In this document: piece after piece, positions 1 to 12,639 of the stretch
Numbering within the stretch: the first letter of the stretch is position 1
How the letters are laid out: each line of letters opens with the position of its first letter
The notes under the pieces: generated by a model
Databases searched by the model: none
What the model was told of the DNA's origin: nothing
What the model saw: the letters and a program-made list of their open reading frames with translations, nothing else
Assembly (NCBI RefSeq): GCF_036365525.1
Contig: NC_090404.1
Location: 4,402,001-4,466,000 of the forward strand
Direction of reading: 5' to 3'
Source of the DNA: Heterodontus francisci
Taxonomy: Eukaryota
DNA length: 64,000 bases
Position numbers and translations under genes: made by a program

Positions 1-1132
1 GTCTTTCTCTCTGTCTGCATTTCTCGAGCTGCTCCTGACGCCAGTCCTTTTAAAATTACCGAATACAGAAGTCCGCATGCCTTGACACGTAAAATTCATA
101 TCAGCTTTTGAAAAAGAGAATCTAGTGAATCAGAATCAATACGGTAATCAGGAAATCTATCCCTGATACCCAGATCATTGCAGCTAACATTACTAACGAC
201 AGACTGTTTAACACGCACTGGTATCAGGAACACAGTATATCAGGACTTAAAGCTATGCTACAAAATATCACAAAAAGAAACGCTTTATTTGTTGTGGAAA
301 CGGATCACAAAGTGGGCATTTCTCTAACCACTGATATCTCCACTGAGAGGGATGGATATGCAATCCAAATTATCAGATATTAAACTGTCCACAGCTGTTA
401 TCAGCAATGAAAGAGTCTTTATTGTTTGAATGTGATACAGAGCTCTGTGAGAAAATTCAAGGAAATGCAGCGGCTTCAGAGCAATTCCACCTATTTCTTT
501 ATTTAATATACGATTCCCAATTTTCTATTTCCGATGTGGGTGTGGGGGGTCATTAAAATCTCTCTCCAGAACTTCATGCAGTAGAAATAAATGGTCTTAA
601 TGATTCAGAATAATATTTAATTGTCACGTGTCAATTTATTATTTTGCGCTCCCAGTTTATAATGATATGAGCAGTGAGTTTACCGAAAATCATTCTTTAG
701 ACTTGATACTGTGAAATTATTTATTTTTTGTAAGAGCGCTGCTGAATAGTTAATATTTAAATGGTTAAATGCCATCTTTGTCCATTCATATTCACACTAA
801 TCTGCCCCACACAGTATTTGGCACCAACCCAGCCGACTGCCATCAGGGAGACTCAAACAGCAATGTCATTTACAGGAAGCATCTGGGGTTCTGTGCAGTA
901 AATCAAAGATCTGTTTCCTCGTTACTGACCGCTTGGCTACAAACCAACTTCAAACCCTTACCATTGTCAATGAGGCCTATTGGGAAACAAATCTGCCCAG
1001 CAACAATACTGGAGTTAATTTTATTTTTTTCAGTTGCTTACCTAGGTGAACTGTTCCCATCTCTCAGTAAAGGAAACATATCCACTGTCTCAGACACCCT
1101 TTTAGGACCAACAGTCTGAGGAACCGTGCAGC

Positions 1133-1622
1133 NNNNNNNNNNNNNNNNNNNNNNNNNNNNNNNNNNNNNNNNNNNNNNNNNNNNNNNNNNNNNNNNNNNN
1201 NNNNNNNNNNNNNNNNNNNNNNNNNNNNNNNNNNNNNNNNNNNNNNNNNNNNNNNNNNNNNNNNNNNNNNNNNNNNNNNNNNNNNNNNNNNNNNNNNNNN
1301 NNNNNNNNNNNNNNNNNNNNNNNNNNNNNNNNNNNNNNNNNNNNNNNNNNNNNNNNNNNNNNNNNNNNNNNNNNNNNNNNNNNNNNNNNNNNNNNNNNNN
1401 NNNNNNNNNNNNNNNNNNNNNNNNNNNNNNNNNNNNNNNNNNNNNNNNNNNNNNNNNNNNNNNNNNNNNNNNNNNNNNNNNNNNNNNNNNNNNNNNNNNN
1501 NNNNNNNNNNNNNNNNNNNNNNNNNNNNNNNNNNNNNNNNNNNNNNNNNNNNNNNNNNNNNNNNNNNNNNNNNNNNNNNNNNNNNNNNNNNNNNNNNNNN
1601 NNNNNNNNNNNNNNNNNNNNNN
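1133..1622. other. Assembly gap (N run)
   Basis: Run of n. Confidence 1.
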
Positions 1623-1841
1623 AGAAAATACATTCTGTAATTGATAAATATGCTTGTTTGCGTGGATGGAGGCATAGCTGCAACGATGCAGGGATGACTA
1701 GATAGTTGGATGGCTGAATAAAAGCAAAATACTGCTGATGCTGAAAATCTGAGATCAAAGTGGAAAGTGTTGGACATACTCAGCAGGTCTGGCAGCAACT
1801 GTGGAGAAAGAAACAGAGTTAACGTTTAACGTCTATGCACC

Positions 1842-2135
1842 AGGCGACACAGTGGCACAGTGGTTAGCAATGCAGCCTCACAATTCCAGTGACCTGGATT
1901 CGGGTACTGCCTGTGTGGAGTTCTCCTTGTGACCTCGTGGGCTTCTGCCGGGTACTCTGGTTCCTTCCCACAGCCAAAGACTTGCAGGTCGATGGGTAAA
2001 TTGGCTATTGTGAATTACTCCTAGTGTGGGTATGTGGTAGGGATTATGGGATTAACGTAGGATTAGTATCAATGGGTGGTTGTTGGTTGGCACAGACTCG
2101 GTGAGCCGAAGTGTCGGTTTCAGTGCTGTTTGCTT
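1842..2135 (+). mobile_element. HE1-like tRNA-derived V-SINE inserted in a Penelope terminal fragment
   Basis: Head ggcgacacagtggcacagtggttagc and CR1-like tail. Paralogs at 6021-6325, 31565-31893 and 37245-37575. Confidence 0.8.
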
Positions 2136-3759
2136 CTTCATAAACTTTCATCAGAACTAGCAAAGGTTAGACATGTAATAGGCTGTGTGATAGTGGTGGG
2201 GTTGGTGAGGAATAGAACAAAATGGAAGGTTTGGCACAGAGCAGAAGAGATCTCCTGAATGTCTAAACGTTTTGTTTCACGTACTGATGAACAGATTGAT
2301 GGATGCGTGGAATGAACAGATGGACAGATAGATAGATGGGCCTGAAAGATGCTGTTCTACAACCACATCTTTGTGATTGACTAATCCTAACGCGAAGCTG
2401 CCTCTTTATTTCATTTGCATTACTTTTACGCCTTCCAGTTCTTCCTGATTTTCTGGATCATTTCAATCCCTCGGATATCCAGAAGTAATGAGATCAATTC
2501 ACAATAATCCTGGTGATATCCCTGCGGTATCTCTACTAATGGGTCACACTTATCACAAAGATATAAAGGGAGAATATGACTGGGTTATGAAGGGACGATT
2601 GTAATATTTCTGAACATGTGGTCCTTTCATGTACATCAACGCACTCAACTCGAATTACTTCAAACACATCAGCAATATAGTAAATCATTGGATACATTTT
2701 CCACTTCTAAAGAACACAGATAAAAGGAGAATAAACTGTAACTTTCTTTACCGCCATATATTCATTGTAAGTCATTGGCCACAGTGAAAAATATCCTGTG
2801 GGTATAGCACACTGTGGTCCCGAATTCAAACGTCCTTAACTCCTTCAGCCGCATTCCCCAGAGCCTCTCCATTTAGTCCATTCATGCACTATTGTTCACG
2901 AGTTCAGTACATCAGTGAGATTTACTGAGGCTGATGGTATCGGGTCACTGTGATAAGAACATAAGAAATAGAGGCAGGAGTAGGCCATTCAGCTCCTGAA
3001 GCCTGCTCCGCCATTTAAGAATATCATGGCTGATCTTGTTGTGGCCTTGTCACAACTTTCTTGCTTGCCCCGAAACCCTCCCCCACCAATCCCCGATAAC
3101 CCTTGATTCCCTTGTCGATCAAAAATGGGTGACCATGATATCATTGTCGACTGTTGTGAAGACCCATCTGATGCACTAATGTCATTTAGGGAAGTCCTTA
3201 TCTGGTCTGGACTACATGTGACTCCAGACCCACGCCAATATGGTTGACTCTTAACTGTCCTCTGAAATGGACTAGACAGACACTCAGTTCAAGGGCAATT
3301 AGGGATGGGCAATAAATGCTGGCCTATCCAGCGACGCCCACATCGCAGGAACAAATTAAAAATTGGTTGAATATGACAGTGCAATTCCCAGAATGGCAGA
3401 GTTATTCTCGTGTTGGATTCAAGGTCACACCCACAGAAAGTGACTGTACTAACTATAACAAAAACAAAAAGTACTGGAAAAGCTCAGCAGATCTGGCAGC
3501 ATCTGTCGAGAGAGAAGCAAAGTTAACGTTTCAGGTCTGTGACCTTTCATCAAAACTGGCAAAGTTTAGAAAAGAATTTCCTCCTGCACTCTGTACGGAC
3601 TAACTGCCGTTCTGTACCATACGGGGGAATGACCTGAGAGGTCCGGACTCTGTCTGATTTCACACTGTATCTATAATGGAAGTTTAACTGTTGAATGCCT
3701 GGAGTTCCATTTACTTATTCCTCCTTGATCTATATTTTAATGAGCAATGATCCTTGATC

Positions 3760-4245
3760 ATCAGCCGTGGCTTTGTTGGTACCACTCTCCGCTCTGAGTT
3801 TGCAGGTCCAAGTTTCATGTTCTACTCGAGGACCTGAGCACAAAAATTACACTGGAACTACAGTGGAATGCTGCACTGTCAGAGGTATCGTCTTTCGGAT
3901 GGGACAAAAACCATGGGCGCTGTCTGCTCTCTCAGGTGTAAAGGATCCCATGGCACTATTTCGAACAAGTGCCGGAGAGTTCTACCAGGTGTTCTGATCA
4001 GTATTTATCCCTCAACCGACCTCACAAAAACAGACTATCTGGTCATTATCGTATTGCTGTTATTGGAGGGGCCGAGTGGCCTGCTGCTGCTCCCAATTCG
4101 CATGTTCGTATGTTTGCTGTGTGCAAATTGGCTGCTGCATTTCCTACATTCCATCAGTGACGGTAGTTCACAAGTAGTTCATTAGTTGAAAAGTTTTTGA
4201 GACGGCCTGTGGTCGTGAAAGGCCCGAGAGAAATGCAACAATTTT
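3760..4245 (+). mobile_element. tRNA-headed SINE (DeuSINE-like)
   Basis: Head cagccgtggct...accactctc; core tttatccctcaacc...aaaacaga...tgtgcaaattggctgc. Paralog at 19230-19680. Confidence 0.7.
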
Positions 4246-4559
4246 TGGTCGTTTTTACTAACGATAGTTGTAAAAAGGAGTGATGGATTGAGCAAGTAAG
4301 TCATACACTGCTCGAATGAAAAAGCTGAGAAGGAGGCCATTCAGCCTTTCAGGACTGCAGCAGCTCTTTGACAAACTATCCAATTATTCCACTCCCCCCT
4401 GTTATTTCGCCAAAACCGTGCATTCTTTTTCCATTTGAAATATCTATGAAATTCCCTTTCAAAAGTTATTGTTCAATCTACTTCCCCCCTTTCAGGAATT
4501 GCATTCCAGATCATAACAATTTCCTCTGTCATTTGTCTTCCTCCTCATATCGCCTAGAG

Positions 4560-5830
4560 TCATAGAATTAGAGAGTCATTTACGGCACAGACGGAGGCCA
4601 TTCGGCCCATTGAGTACATGCTGGCTCTCCACAGAGCTTTTCAGTCAGTGCCCCACTGCCCCACTCGATCCTCGTCGCCCTGCAAGTCTATTTCCTTCAA
4701 ATGACCATCCAATTTCCTTTTGAAGTCATTTAATGTCTCTGCTTCCACCAACTTTGTGGACAGCAATTTCCAAGTCATTACCACCCGCTGTGTTACAGCG
4801 TTCCTCTTCATATTACCCTTGCATCTATTGCCCAAAGCCTTCATTCTGTGTCCCCTCGTCCTTGTACCATTAGTTAATGTGAACGACCTTTCCTCCTCTA
4901 ATATAAAATAAAACAAGAAATGCTGGAAATACTCAGCAGTATTTATACTCAGAATGGTATGTTAATGCCTTTGTTCCATGACCTTCTGGTCAGTTATTCT
5001 CTGTGATCCTGTCTTTATCAACACCTTCACCTTTGTTATCTCTTGCCCCACCCCCGCTTTACTTGCTTAAAACCTTTTACATTTCTAATATTTGTTAGTT
5101 CTGATGAAGGGTCACTGACCTGAAACATTAACTCTGTTTATTTCTGCACAGATGCTGCCAGACCTGCTGAGTGTATCCAGCATTTCTCGTTTTTATTTCA
5201 GATTTCCAGCATCTGCAGTATTTTGCTTTTATTTTCCACCTCTAACTTGCCTAAATCTGTCATAATCTTGTACGTGTCTATTAATCTCCCCTCAACCTCT
5301 TTTGTTTGAAGAAGAATAAGCTCAGTTTTTCCAACTTATCCTTGTCACTAAAATCCTCCATCCCCAGAACTATTCTAATAAATCTCTCTCAAGGACTCTC
5401 ACATACTTCCAAAAGTGTGGTGACCAGAACTGGACGCAATACTCCAGTATTGGCCTGACCAGAGCTTTAAAAATGTTCAGCGTAACTTCCCTGATTTTGT
5501 ACTCAATACCTGTGTTTATGAAGCCCAAGATCCCATATGCTTGACTAACCACTCTCTCAAGATGTTGTGCCACCTTCAAAGATCAATGCACATGCATCCC
5601 AATGTCCCCCTGTTCCTGTACACTCTTTAGAACTATGCCATTAAGTAAATGCTGCCTCTCCCTTTTCCTTCTGCCAAAATGCATCACCCGCCACTTGTCT
5701 GTCCACTCTGCTGACCTATCTATGACCTGTTGCAGTCGTTATATATCATCCTCACTACTTGCCATACCTCCAACATTGGTGCCATATGCAAATTTGGAGA
5801 TTCTACTCCATATTCCAAGATCCAAGTCCA
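4560..5830 (-). mobile_element. CR1 LINE 3' fragment with nested Penelope terminal piece (~4900-5235)
   Basis: RT C-terminal motifs (LVRPILEYCVQFWSPH; TRTRGH...FTQRVV-like). Confidence 0.85.
5096..5133 (+). ncRNA. Hammerhead-ribozyme-like core in a Penelope terminal repeat
   Basis: agtt-CTGATGA-agggtc/act/gacct-GAAA-catt-aact: stem I, stem II and conserved core boxes. Related copies near 47997 (+), 3521-3560 (-) and 2141-2160 (-). Confidence 0.6.
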
Positions 5831-6020
5831 CGTAGCTTTTGGTTATTTTGCTATTTACCTTGAATTTTTGTCCTCTCGTTATCAACCGTTCTACCACTGG
5901 AAATATTTTCAATTTACATATTCTATCAAACGCACCAAGGCTCCTCAGACAGCACCTTCCAAACCCACAACCTCTACCACCTCGAAGGACAAGAGTACCA
6001 GATGCATGGGACCATCACAG

Positions 6021-6325
6021 GGTGGCACAGTGGCGCAGTGGTTAGCATTGCAGCTTCACAGCTCCAGGGACCCAGCTTCAATTCTGGGTACTGCCAGTGT
6101 GGAGTTTGCAAGTTCTCCCGCATCCAAAAGACTTGCAGGTTAATAGTTACATTGGCCATTATAAATTGTCCCTAGTATAGGTAAGTGGTAGGGGAGTATA
6201 GAGATAGGTGAGGATGTGGTAGGAATATGGGATTAGTGTAGGAATGGTATAAATGGGTGGTTAATGGTCGGCACAGACTTGGTGGGCCGAAAGGCCTGTT
6301 TCAGTGCTGTATATCAAAATCAAAT
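6021..6325 (+). mobile_element. HE1-like V-SINE nested in a CR1/L2-type LINE 3' end (~5930-6570)
   Basis: SINE head and tail. The flanking LINE tail gggcaattagggatgggcaataaatgctggcc also occurs near 3290. Confidence 0.8.
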
Positions 6326-8023
6326 CACCACCTGCAAGTTCCCATCCAAATCACACACCATCCTGACTTGGAACTATATCGCTGTCCCTTCACTGTCGCT
6401 GGGTCAAAATCCTGGAAGTCCCTTCCTAACAGCACTGTGGGTGTAGCTACCTCACATGAACTGCAGTGGTTCAAGAAGGCAGCTCATCAACACCTTCTCA
6501 AGGGCAATTAGGGATGGGCAATAAATGCTGGCCGAGCCAGGGATGCCCACATGCCATGAATAAAAAAAAATCAAAACACCTCTATGAAATCTCCTTTTAA
6601 CCTTTTCTTCTCTCAGCAGAACAAACTTTGCTGCTTCAGTCTCTCCATCTAACAGAAATCTTTATCCTTGGTACCATTTTAGAACATTTTTCTGGACCAT
6701 CTCCAAGGCCTTGATGTATTTCTGAAAAAGTGGTACACAGAAATGAACACAATACTCCAGCTGCGGCCAACTGGTGTTTTGTAAAAGTTTAGCATAATCA
6801 TAATTTTTCTGCTGGAGTCGTCTATGACTTGATGCAATGAGAACTGAGGTAAGGGCTAATGTAATATAAACAGATGGATGGTGCGGTGTAGTAATAACTG
6901 AGACAGGATCTAGTGCAATATAAATTGACACATTATGCAATGCAAGAATAAAAGAGATATTGTCCAGCCTAATATAGATGGATATGTGACATTGAGTAAT
7001 ATAAACAGCGGAATCATTTTGTGTAATAGGTTTAGAGCCATGCTTAAATATATTACATGATCTGCAATTACGTTTTGAATAGAAGGAAATAAAATGCTAA
7101 AATATAATTTGTGAAGGTAATTATCCATCTTTGTTGAATCCATTGAGAAGTATTAATAATGATGTGCTTTCTACACAAACGCACACATTTTACATATACA
7201 CATATACAATTACACATACACGTACACTTACATGTGTGTTTGTGTGTGCTCGATTAGTTTTCGGTTGTTCCCATCTAGCAGCTGAGAGCTATGGAATTAG
7301 GTTAAAGTTACACTAGACTCTGCCTCCTTTGTTACTGCACTAGACACTGCTGCAGTTTATATTACACCAGACATTATCTCAGTTGGCATTGCATTAGACA
7401 TCTCTTTGTTTATTTTGCACACGACTCATTCTAGTTTACTGCTGCACTTGACCATGCTTCAACTTATATTACACAAGGCCCTGCCTCAGTTGTTTCTGCA
7501 ATGCACCATATCTCTGTTTATATGACACTGGACTCTGTCCCAGCATACTACATTAGACCAAGTGCAGTTATTACTGCAGGAGACCATTTGTCTGTTTATA
7601 ATACATAGGCTTTGCTCAGTTGTTACTACTAGATCATGTCCCACTTATATTACACGAAATCCTATCCCACCAATATTGTACTAGACCATGTTGCTTTTTA
7701 TATTATGCTAGGTCTTGTCCCAGTTATTACTGCAGCAGCCCATCGGGTTGTGTTTTGTGGTCACGGTTCCAGACTCTGTCTGACACCGGCATTAGGTCAG
7801 ACGAAACCTAAATAGAAAATCCTGCAGGGAAAACAATTCTTAACAATAGAAAGGAATTGTGAAAATTATCACAGTACAACACAAGTGATGGATTCGTAAA
7901 CTTCAACACAACAGAATTTGTCAGTAAGCAGTGTAAATTGCTTAATTTTAGTCCTATCCCTCAACCCAGTTCATCTCTGGGAGATTGTCACAAGATTCGC
8001 CCCATCCTTTCAACAAAAATATT

Positions 8024-9281
8024 GGTCATGTCTTACCAACTTAATAGAATTCTTTGAGGAAGTGACAAAGTTGATTGATGAGGGAAGTGCTGTCGATGTC
8101 ATATACATGGACTTCAGTAAGGCGTTTGATAAGGTTCCCCATGGTAGGCTGATGGAGAAAGTGAAGTCACATGGGGTCCGGGGTGTACTAGCTAGATGGA
8201 TAAAGAACTGGCTGGGCAACAGGAGACAGAGAGTAGCAGTGGAAGGGAGTTTCTCAAAATGGATACGTGTGACCAGTGGTGTTCCACAGGGATCCGTGCT
8301 GGGACCACTGTTGTTTGTGATATACATAAATGATTTGGAGGAACGTATAGGTGGTCTGATTAGCAAGTTTGCAGACGACACTATGATTGGTGGAGTTGCA
8401 GATAGTGAAGGGGACAGTCAGATAATACAGCACAATATAGATAGATTGGAGACTTGGGCAGATAAATGGCAGATGAAGTTCAATCAAGGCAAATGTGAGG
8501 TGATGCATTTTGGAAGATCCAATTCAATAGTGAACAATACAGTAAATGGAAAAGTCCTGGGGAAAATTGATGTCCAGAGAGATTTGGGTGTTCAGATCCA
8601 TTGTTCCCTGAAGGTGGCAACGCAGGTCAATAGAGTGGTCAAGAAGCATCCGGCATGCTTTCCTTCATCGGACAAGGGTTGGCAGGTCATGTTACAGTTG
8701 TATAAGACTTTGGTTCAGCTACATTTGAAATACTGCGTGCAGTTCAGGTCGCCACATTACCAAAAGGATGTGGATGCTTTGGAGAGGGTGCAGAGGAGGT
8801 TCACCAGGATGTTGCCTGGTATGGAGGGCACTAGCTATGAAGAGAGGTTGAGTAGATCAGGATTATTTTTATTAGAAAGACGGAGGTTGAGGGCGGACCT
8901 GATTGAGGTGTACAAAATCAAGAGAGGTTTCGACAGGGTGGATAGCAAGAAGCTTTTTCTCAGAGTGGGGGATTCAATTACTAGGGGTCACGAGTTCAAA
9001 GTGAGAGGGGAAAAGTTTAGGGGGGATATGCGTGGAAAGTTCTTTCCGCAGAGGGTGCTGGGTGCCTGGAACACGTTGCCAGCGGAAGTGGTAGACGCGG
9101 GCACGATCGCGTCTTTTAAGATGTATCTAGACAGATACATGAATGGGCAGGAAGAAAAGAGATACAGACCCTTAGAAAATAGGGGGCATGTTTAGACAGA
9201 GGATCTGGATCGGCGCAGGCTTGGAGGGCCGAAGGGCCTGTTCCTGTGCTGTAATTTTCTTTGTTCTTTCTTTGTTCTTTG
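8024..9281 (+). mobile_element. Young 5'-truncated CR1 LINE (RT C-terminal half) with TATT target-site duplication
   Basis: ORF with [28 protein letters not shown]; (TTCTTTG)n tail. The empty site ...aaatattacccac is seen in paralogous modules at ~20090 and ~25580. Confidence 0.95.
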
Positions 9282-9589
9282 TATTACCCACATAATACCA
9301 GAGCAATTAGAAATTGCACACCACTGCTTATCGCTATGAACAAGATTAAACGTATTCTTACAACCAAAAATGATTGCACCACACACAGACATATATTTTC
9401 ATTTATATTCCTATCCATCTATCTATATAACAGTTAAATGGTCTGGTGCCGTAAAATAACTGAGACACGGCCTCGTATAAACAAAAGACAAAGACATGGT
9501 TTAATGTAATTAAACAGAGTTATGGTTTAATGCGATATTCAATTCAATTCAATACCATTTTATTGATGATAAGATGAATTGGAGAGAAC

Positions 9590-10010
9590 AGAGTGGAGAT
9601 GTGGTGGCCAAGTGACATACACCAATATACTACTCAGAAAATTAAAATCCTTTTGAGTAGAACCCGTAATCATGAAACTCTTCTATACAGTTGTTGTTTT
9701 GGGTGCTGTCCTTTTTGGATGTCTTTCCTGGTACTGTTGTCTTCGGAATGTAGATACTTTAAGTGTACAGAGATTTCTGAACCAAGCAGGAATGGTAGTG
9801 ATGAGCAGATATTTCTTGGCAACATCTGCTCTCAAAGAATTTGTACAAAAGAACATCATGAACAGTAAGAATCGCCCCTTGTCTCAATTTTACTTTTCAA
9901 AGCGTTCAGGGAAAAGGCTACAATCTCTTAAATGTAGGACAAATCGGTTCTTGAACTCGTTCGTGCTTTTCTCTGAAATAACTTTTAACGGGAGATTGAT
10001 AAATGGATGA
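9590..10010 (+). mobile_element. Rex1/Babar-type LINE 3' fragment
   Basis: LFYTVVVLGAVLFGCLSWY...SGKRLQSLKCRTNRFLNSF resembles the typical Rex1/Babar RT C-terminus. Confidence 0.7.
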
Positions 10011-10599
10011 CCATATCCATTCATTAAGGGACTCATTGATTATTTTCATGTATTGAAATTAGTTTTAAACATCTATTTTAATCAACTTAGACTTTGTGTG
10101 ATAGGGTAATTTTCTTTCTTTTTATTGCTATTGTCCATATGCAATTTTAAAGTGTGCAATGTTATTCCGATCGAGCAGCTGAGAGTTATGGCATTAGCTG
10201 GATTTTAGCATCCTGCACCAGCCCATCTGGCGGTGCTGTGTGGTCACGGTTCCAGACCCTGGCTGACACAGTCAGTTGGTCAGATGAAAGCTAAACAGAA
10301 TATCCTGCAGGAAAAACATCCCTCAGCAATAAAAGGAATCTGTGAGCAATTTTCACAGTACAACACAACAGTGAATTCGTAAACTTTCACACAAAGTTTA
10401 TCACGAAGTAGAGTAAAGTTCATTACACCTTTACTCTGTTCCCTCAATCCTAGTTGATCACTGGGAGATGGCTACATTACGCCAGTTGACACTGACCATT
10501 GTTTGTAAAATTTAGCGACATCATTATTTTTCTACTCGTCGTCCACGGCCTCGTGAAATGAGAAATGAAACAAGGCCTATTTTAAATATAAACAGATAC

Positions 10600-11420
10600 A
10601 TGGTCCGGTAATACACATTACATTACAATCGGCCCTGTTTACATTACATTTGGCCCTATTTCTGTTGATGTTACTGTGGTCTTGTCTCAGTTTTAAATGC
10701 AGAAACGTTTGCCTCTTAGTATAGCAAACAAGATTCTGTTCCAGTCATTACTGCACGAGGCCAACTCCCTCTCTCTCTCCCTCTCTGTTTATAATGCACT
10801 ACCTCCTCTCCCAGTTACTAAACCATGTCTCTATTTCCATTACACCAGACCCTGCCTCTGTTATTACTCAACTAAATTAATTCTGCTGATATTTCACTGT
10901 CCCAGTTTATGTTACTAGAGATGCTGCCTCCTTTATTGTTGCACTAGACTACGCTTCTACTCACATTTCACAAGGCCCTGTCTCACATATTACTACACTG
11001 GGCCATATCTCTGTTTCTATTAAGCAAAGCCCTGTATCAGCTGACAACATAAGACCATGTGCTGTTATTAGTGCAGGAGACCAATTCTCTGTTTATAATA
11101 CATTCGGCCTTGCTCCGTTATTACTGCACTAAATCATGTCCTACCTTTGTTACATTTCCTTTGTTCTGAGGAGAATACCTCAAGTCTTCAATTATATTTT
11201 AGAATTTTATTTCCTTCTACCCAAAACGTAATTGCAGATCATTTAATACAATTGGCCAAGGCTCGAGATTTATTGAACACATCGATTTCGTTGTTTATAT
11301 TACATTAGACCATGTTGTTTGTTTCTATTCTGCTCGGCTGCCTCAGATGTTGCGGCGCGAGGCCATATCTCTATTCATTCCACTAAACGATGTCACATTC
11401 TATAATGTTGTAGTTTGTGT
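10600..11420 (+). repeat. Degenerate ~27-bp satellite (consensus ~TATATTACACTAGACCCTGTCTCTGTT)
   Basis: Recurrent unit; also present at 7305-7740 and 16795-16985. Confidence 0.8.
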
Positions 11421-11884
11421 CTCAGTTATTAGTGAAGTAACCAGAAAAAATATTGGAAGATGTCGGAGAGGAAATGGTGACGGTAAAACGTTAAAATGAA
11501 TTTTATGGAAGCAGAAATGGTGCGAAATTCAAATAAAGCAGCAAATGTTTCATTCCTTTACAAACAATGGAAATAATGAATCAGTCATTTACAGATTTAT
11601 TAACTTCACATCATGTACAGGTAGTATCATTGTTACCATCACTTGCACAAATCATTACACACGCAAGGTGTTTACCATCAGCTTCTGTGTGATGGTGAGG
11701 TGATCACTTAACAATAAAGCACAGAGTCGCTGATCATTACCCCTCGGTCTGCAATGACATTTTGAATTAAATAAATGCTTTAAAAATTGGTGAAGATACT
11801 TACTTATGTTTATGGAGTTGTAAACAATATGGTGTGCTTTGCACAGATACAAATGGAGTTACTTTGGTGAAAGAGTGAAACCAG

Positions 11885-12390
11885 GGGCTAAATGGGGACT
11901 GTGCTGACGAAAAGCCCCTGTTTGAATGACTGCATTTCGCACCCAATTTACATCTAATTGCTGATTGCCATAAAATTGAACTTGTCTGGAAATGTTAAAC
12001 CAGAGACCAGCAGGTTCAACACCCAGGTGCTGATTAACCACAATATTCTTGAATCAATATATGTGGGCTCCATGCACGCACTTCTACTATAAGTGTGAGG
12101 TTGGCGGTCTGACACATGGTAACAAGTTTCAGGATGGCTCAGGAACCAACTGAGTGGCTGCACAGATTCTCCGAAAGCCTTGTAGGTCCTGGTGGAGGAG
12201 ATTCAGGAGAGGAGGGATGTCCTGTACCCGCAATGTACCCTTCTGTCTCACTATCCTGCAGCAGCTGGTGCTACTCTGCCTGGCCTCATGTCCTCCTCCC
12301 ATTCGTACACCAGGATGCCGATGACCTAGCTGTGAAGGCCATTCCTTGAGAGGCAGGTTCTGCCACAAGTGGCGGAACCCCTTCAACCAA
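11885..12390 (+). mobile_element. Harbinger-type transposon relic with Myb/SANT-like ORF remnant
   Basis: Frameshifted MAQE..RFSE..VLVEEIQERRDVLYP...CHKWRNPFN resembles Harbinger Myb/SANT proteins. Confidence 0.55.
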
Positions 12391-12639
12391 GATCAACAAA
12401 TTAAACTAACAAACGTTCAGCCATTTTCCTCTATTACAAATTTCTCTGTGCAGAAATCGGCCACATTCATCTGGAATTAGTTGCACTTCAAATTTTGGGA
12501 CCTCCTAGAGAAGGTGATGGGCTGGTACATCAACGCAAGCTGTTTCTTGGTGTATTAGTATCAGAAGCAGTAACTGACATCGACATTTTCACAAGACGAG
12601 CAATGGCCAAACACAACCACAAGGAGTCAGTGAAAGCCC

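Noticed and set aside
231-268. CACAGTA-22-ACAAAATAT RSS-like string
   Set aside because: Not preceded by a YYC V end or a D-like element; probably chance.
1064-1798. Long ORFs spanning 1.1-1.8 kb (and 17.6-17.9 kb)
   Set aside because: Artefacts of N gaps.
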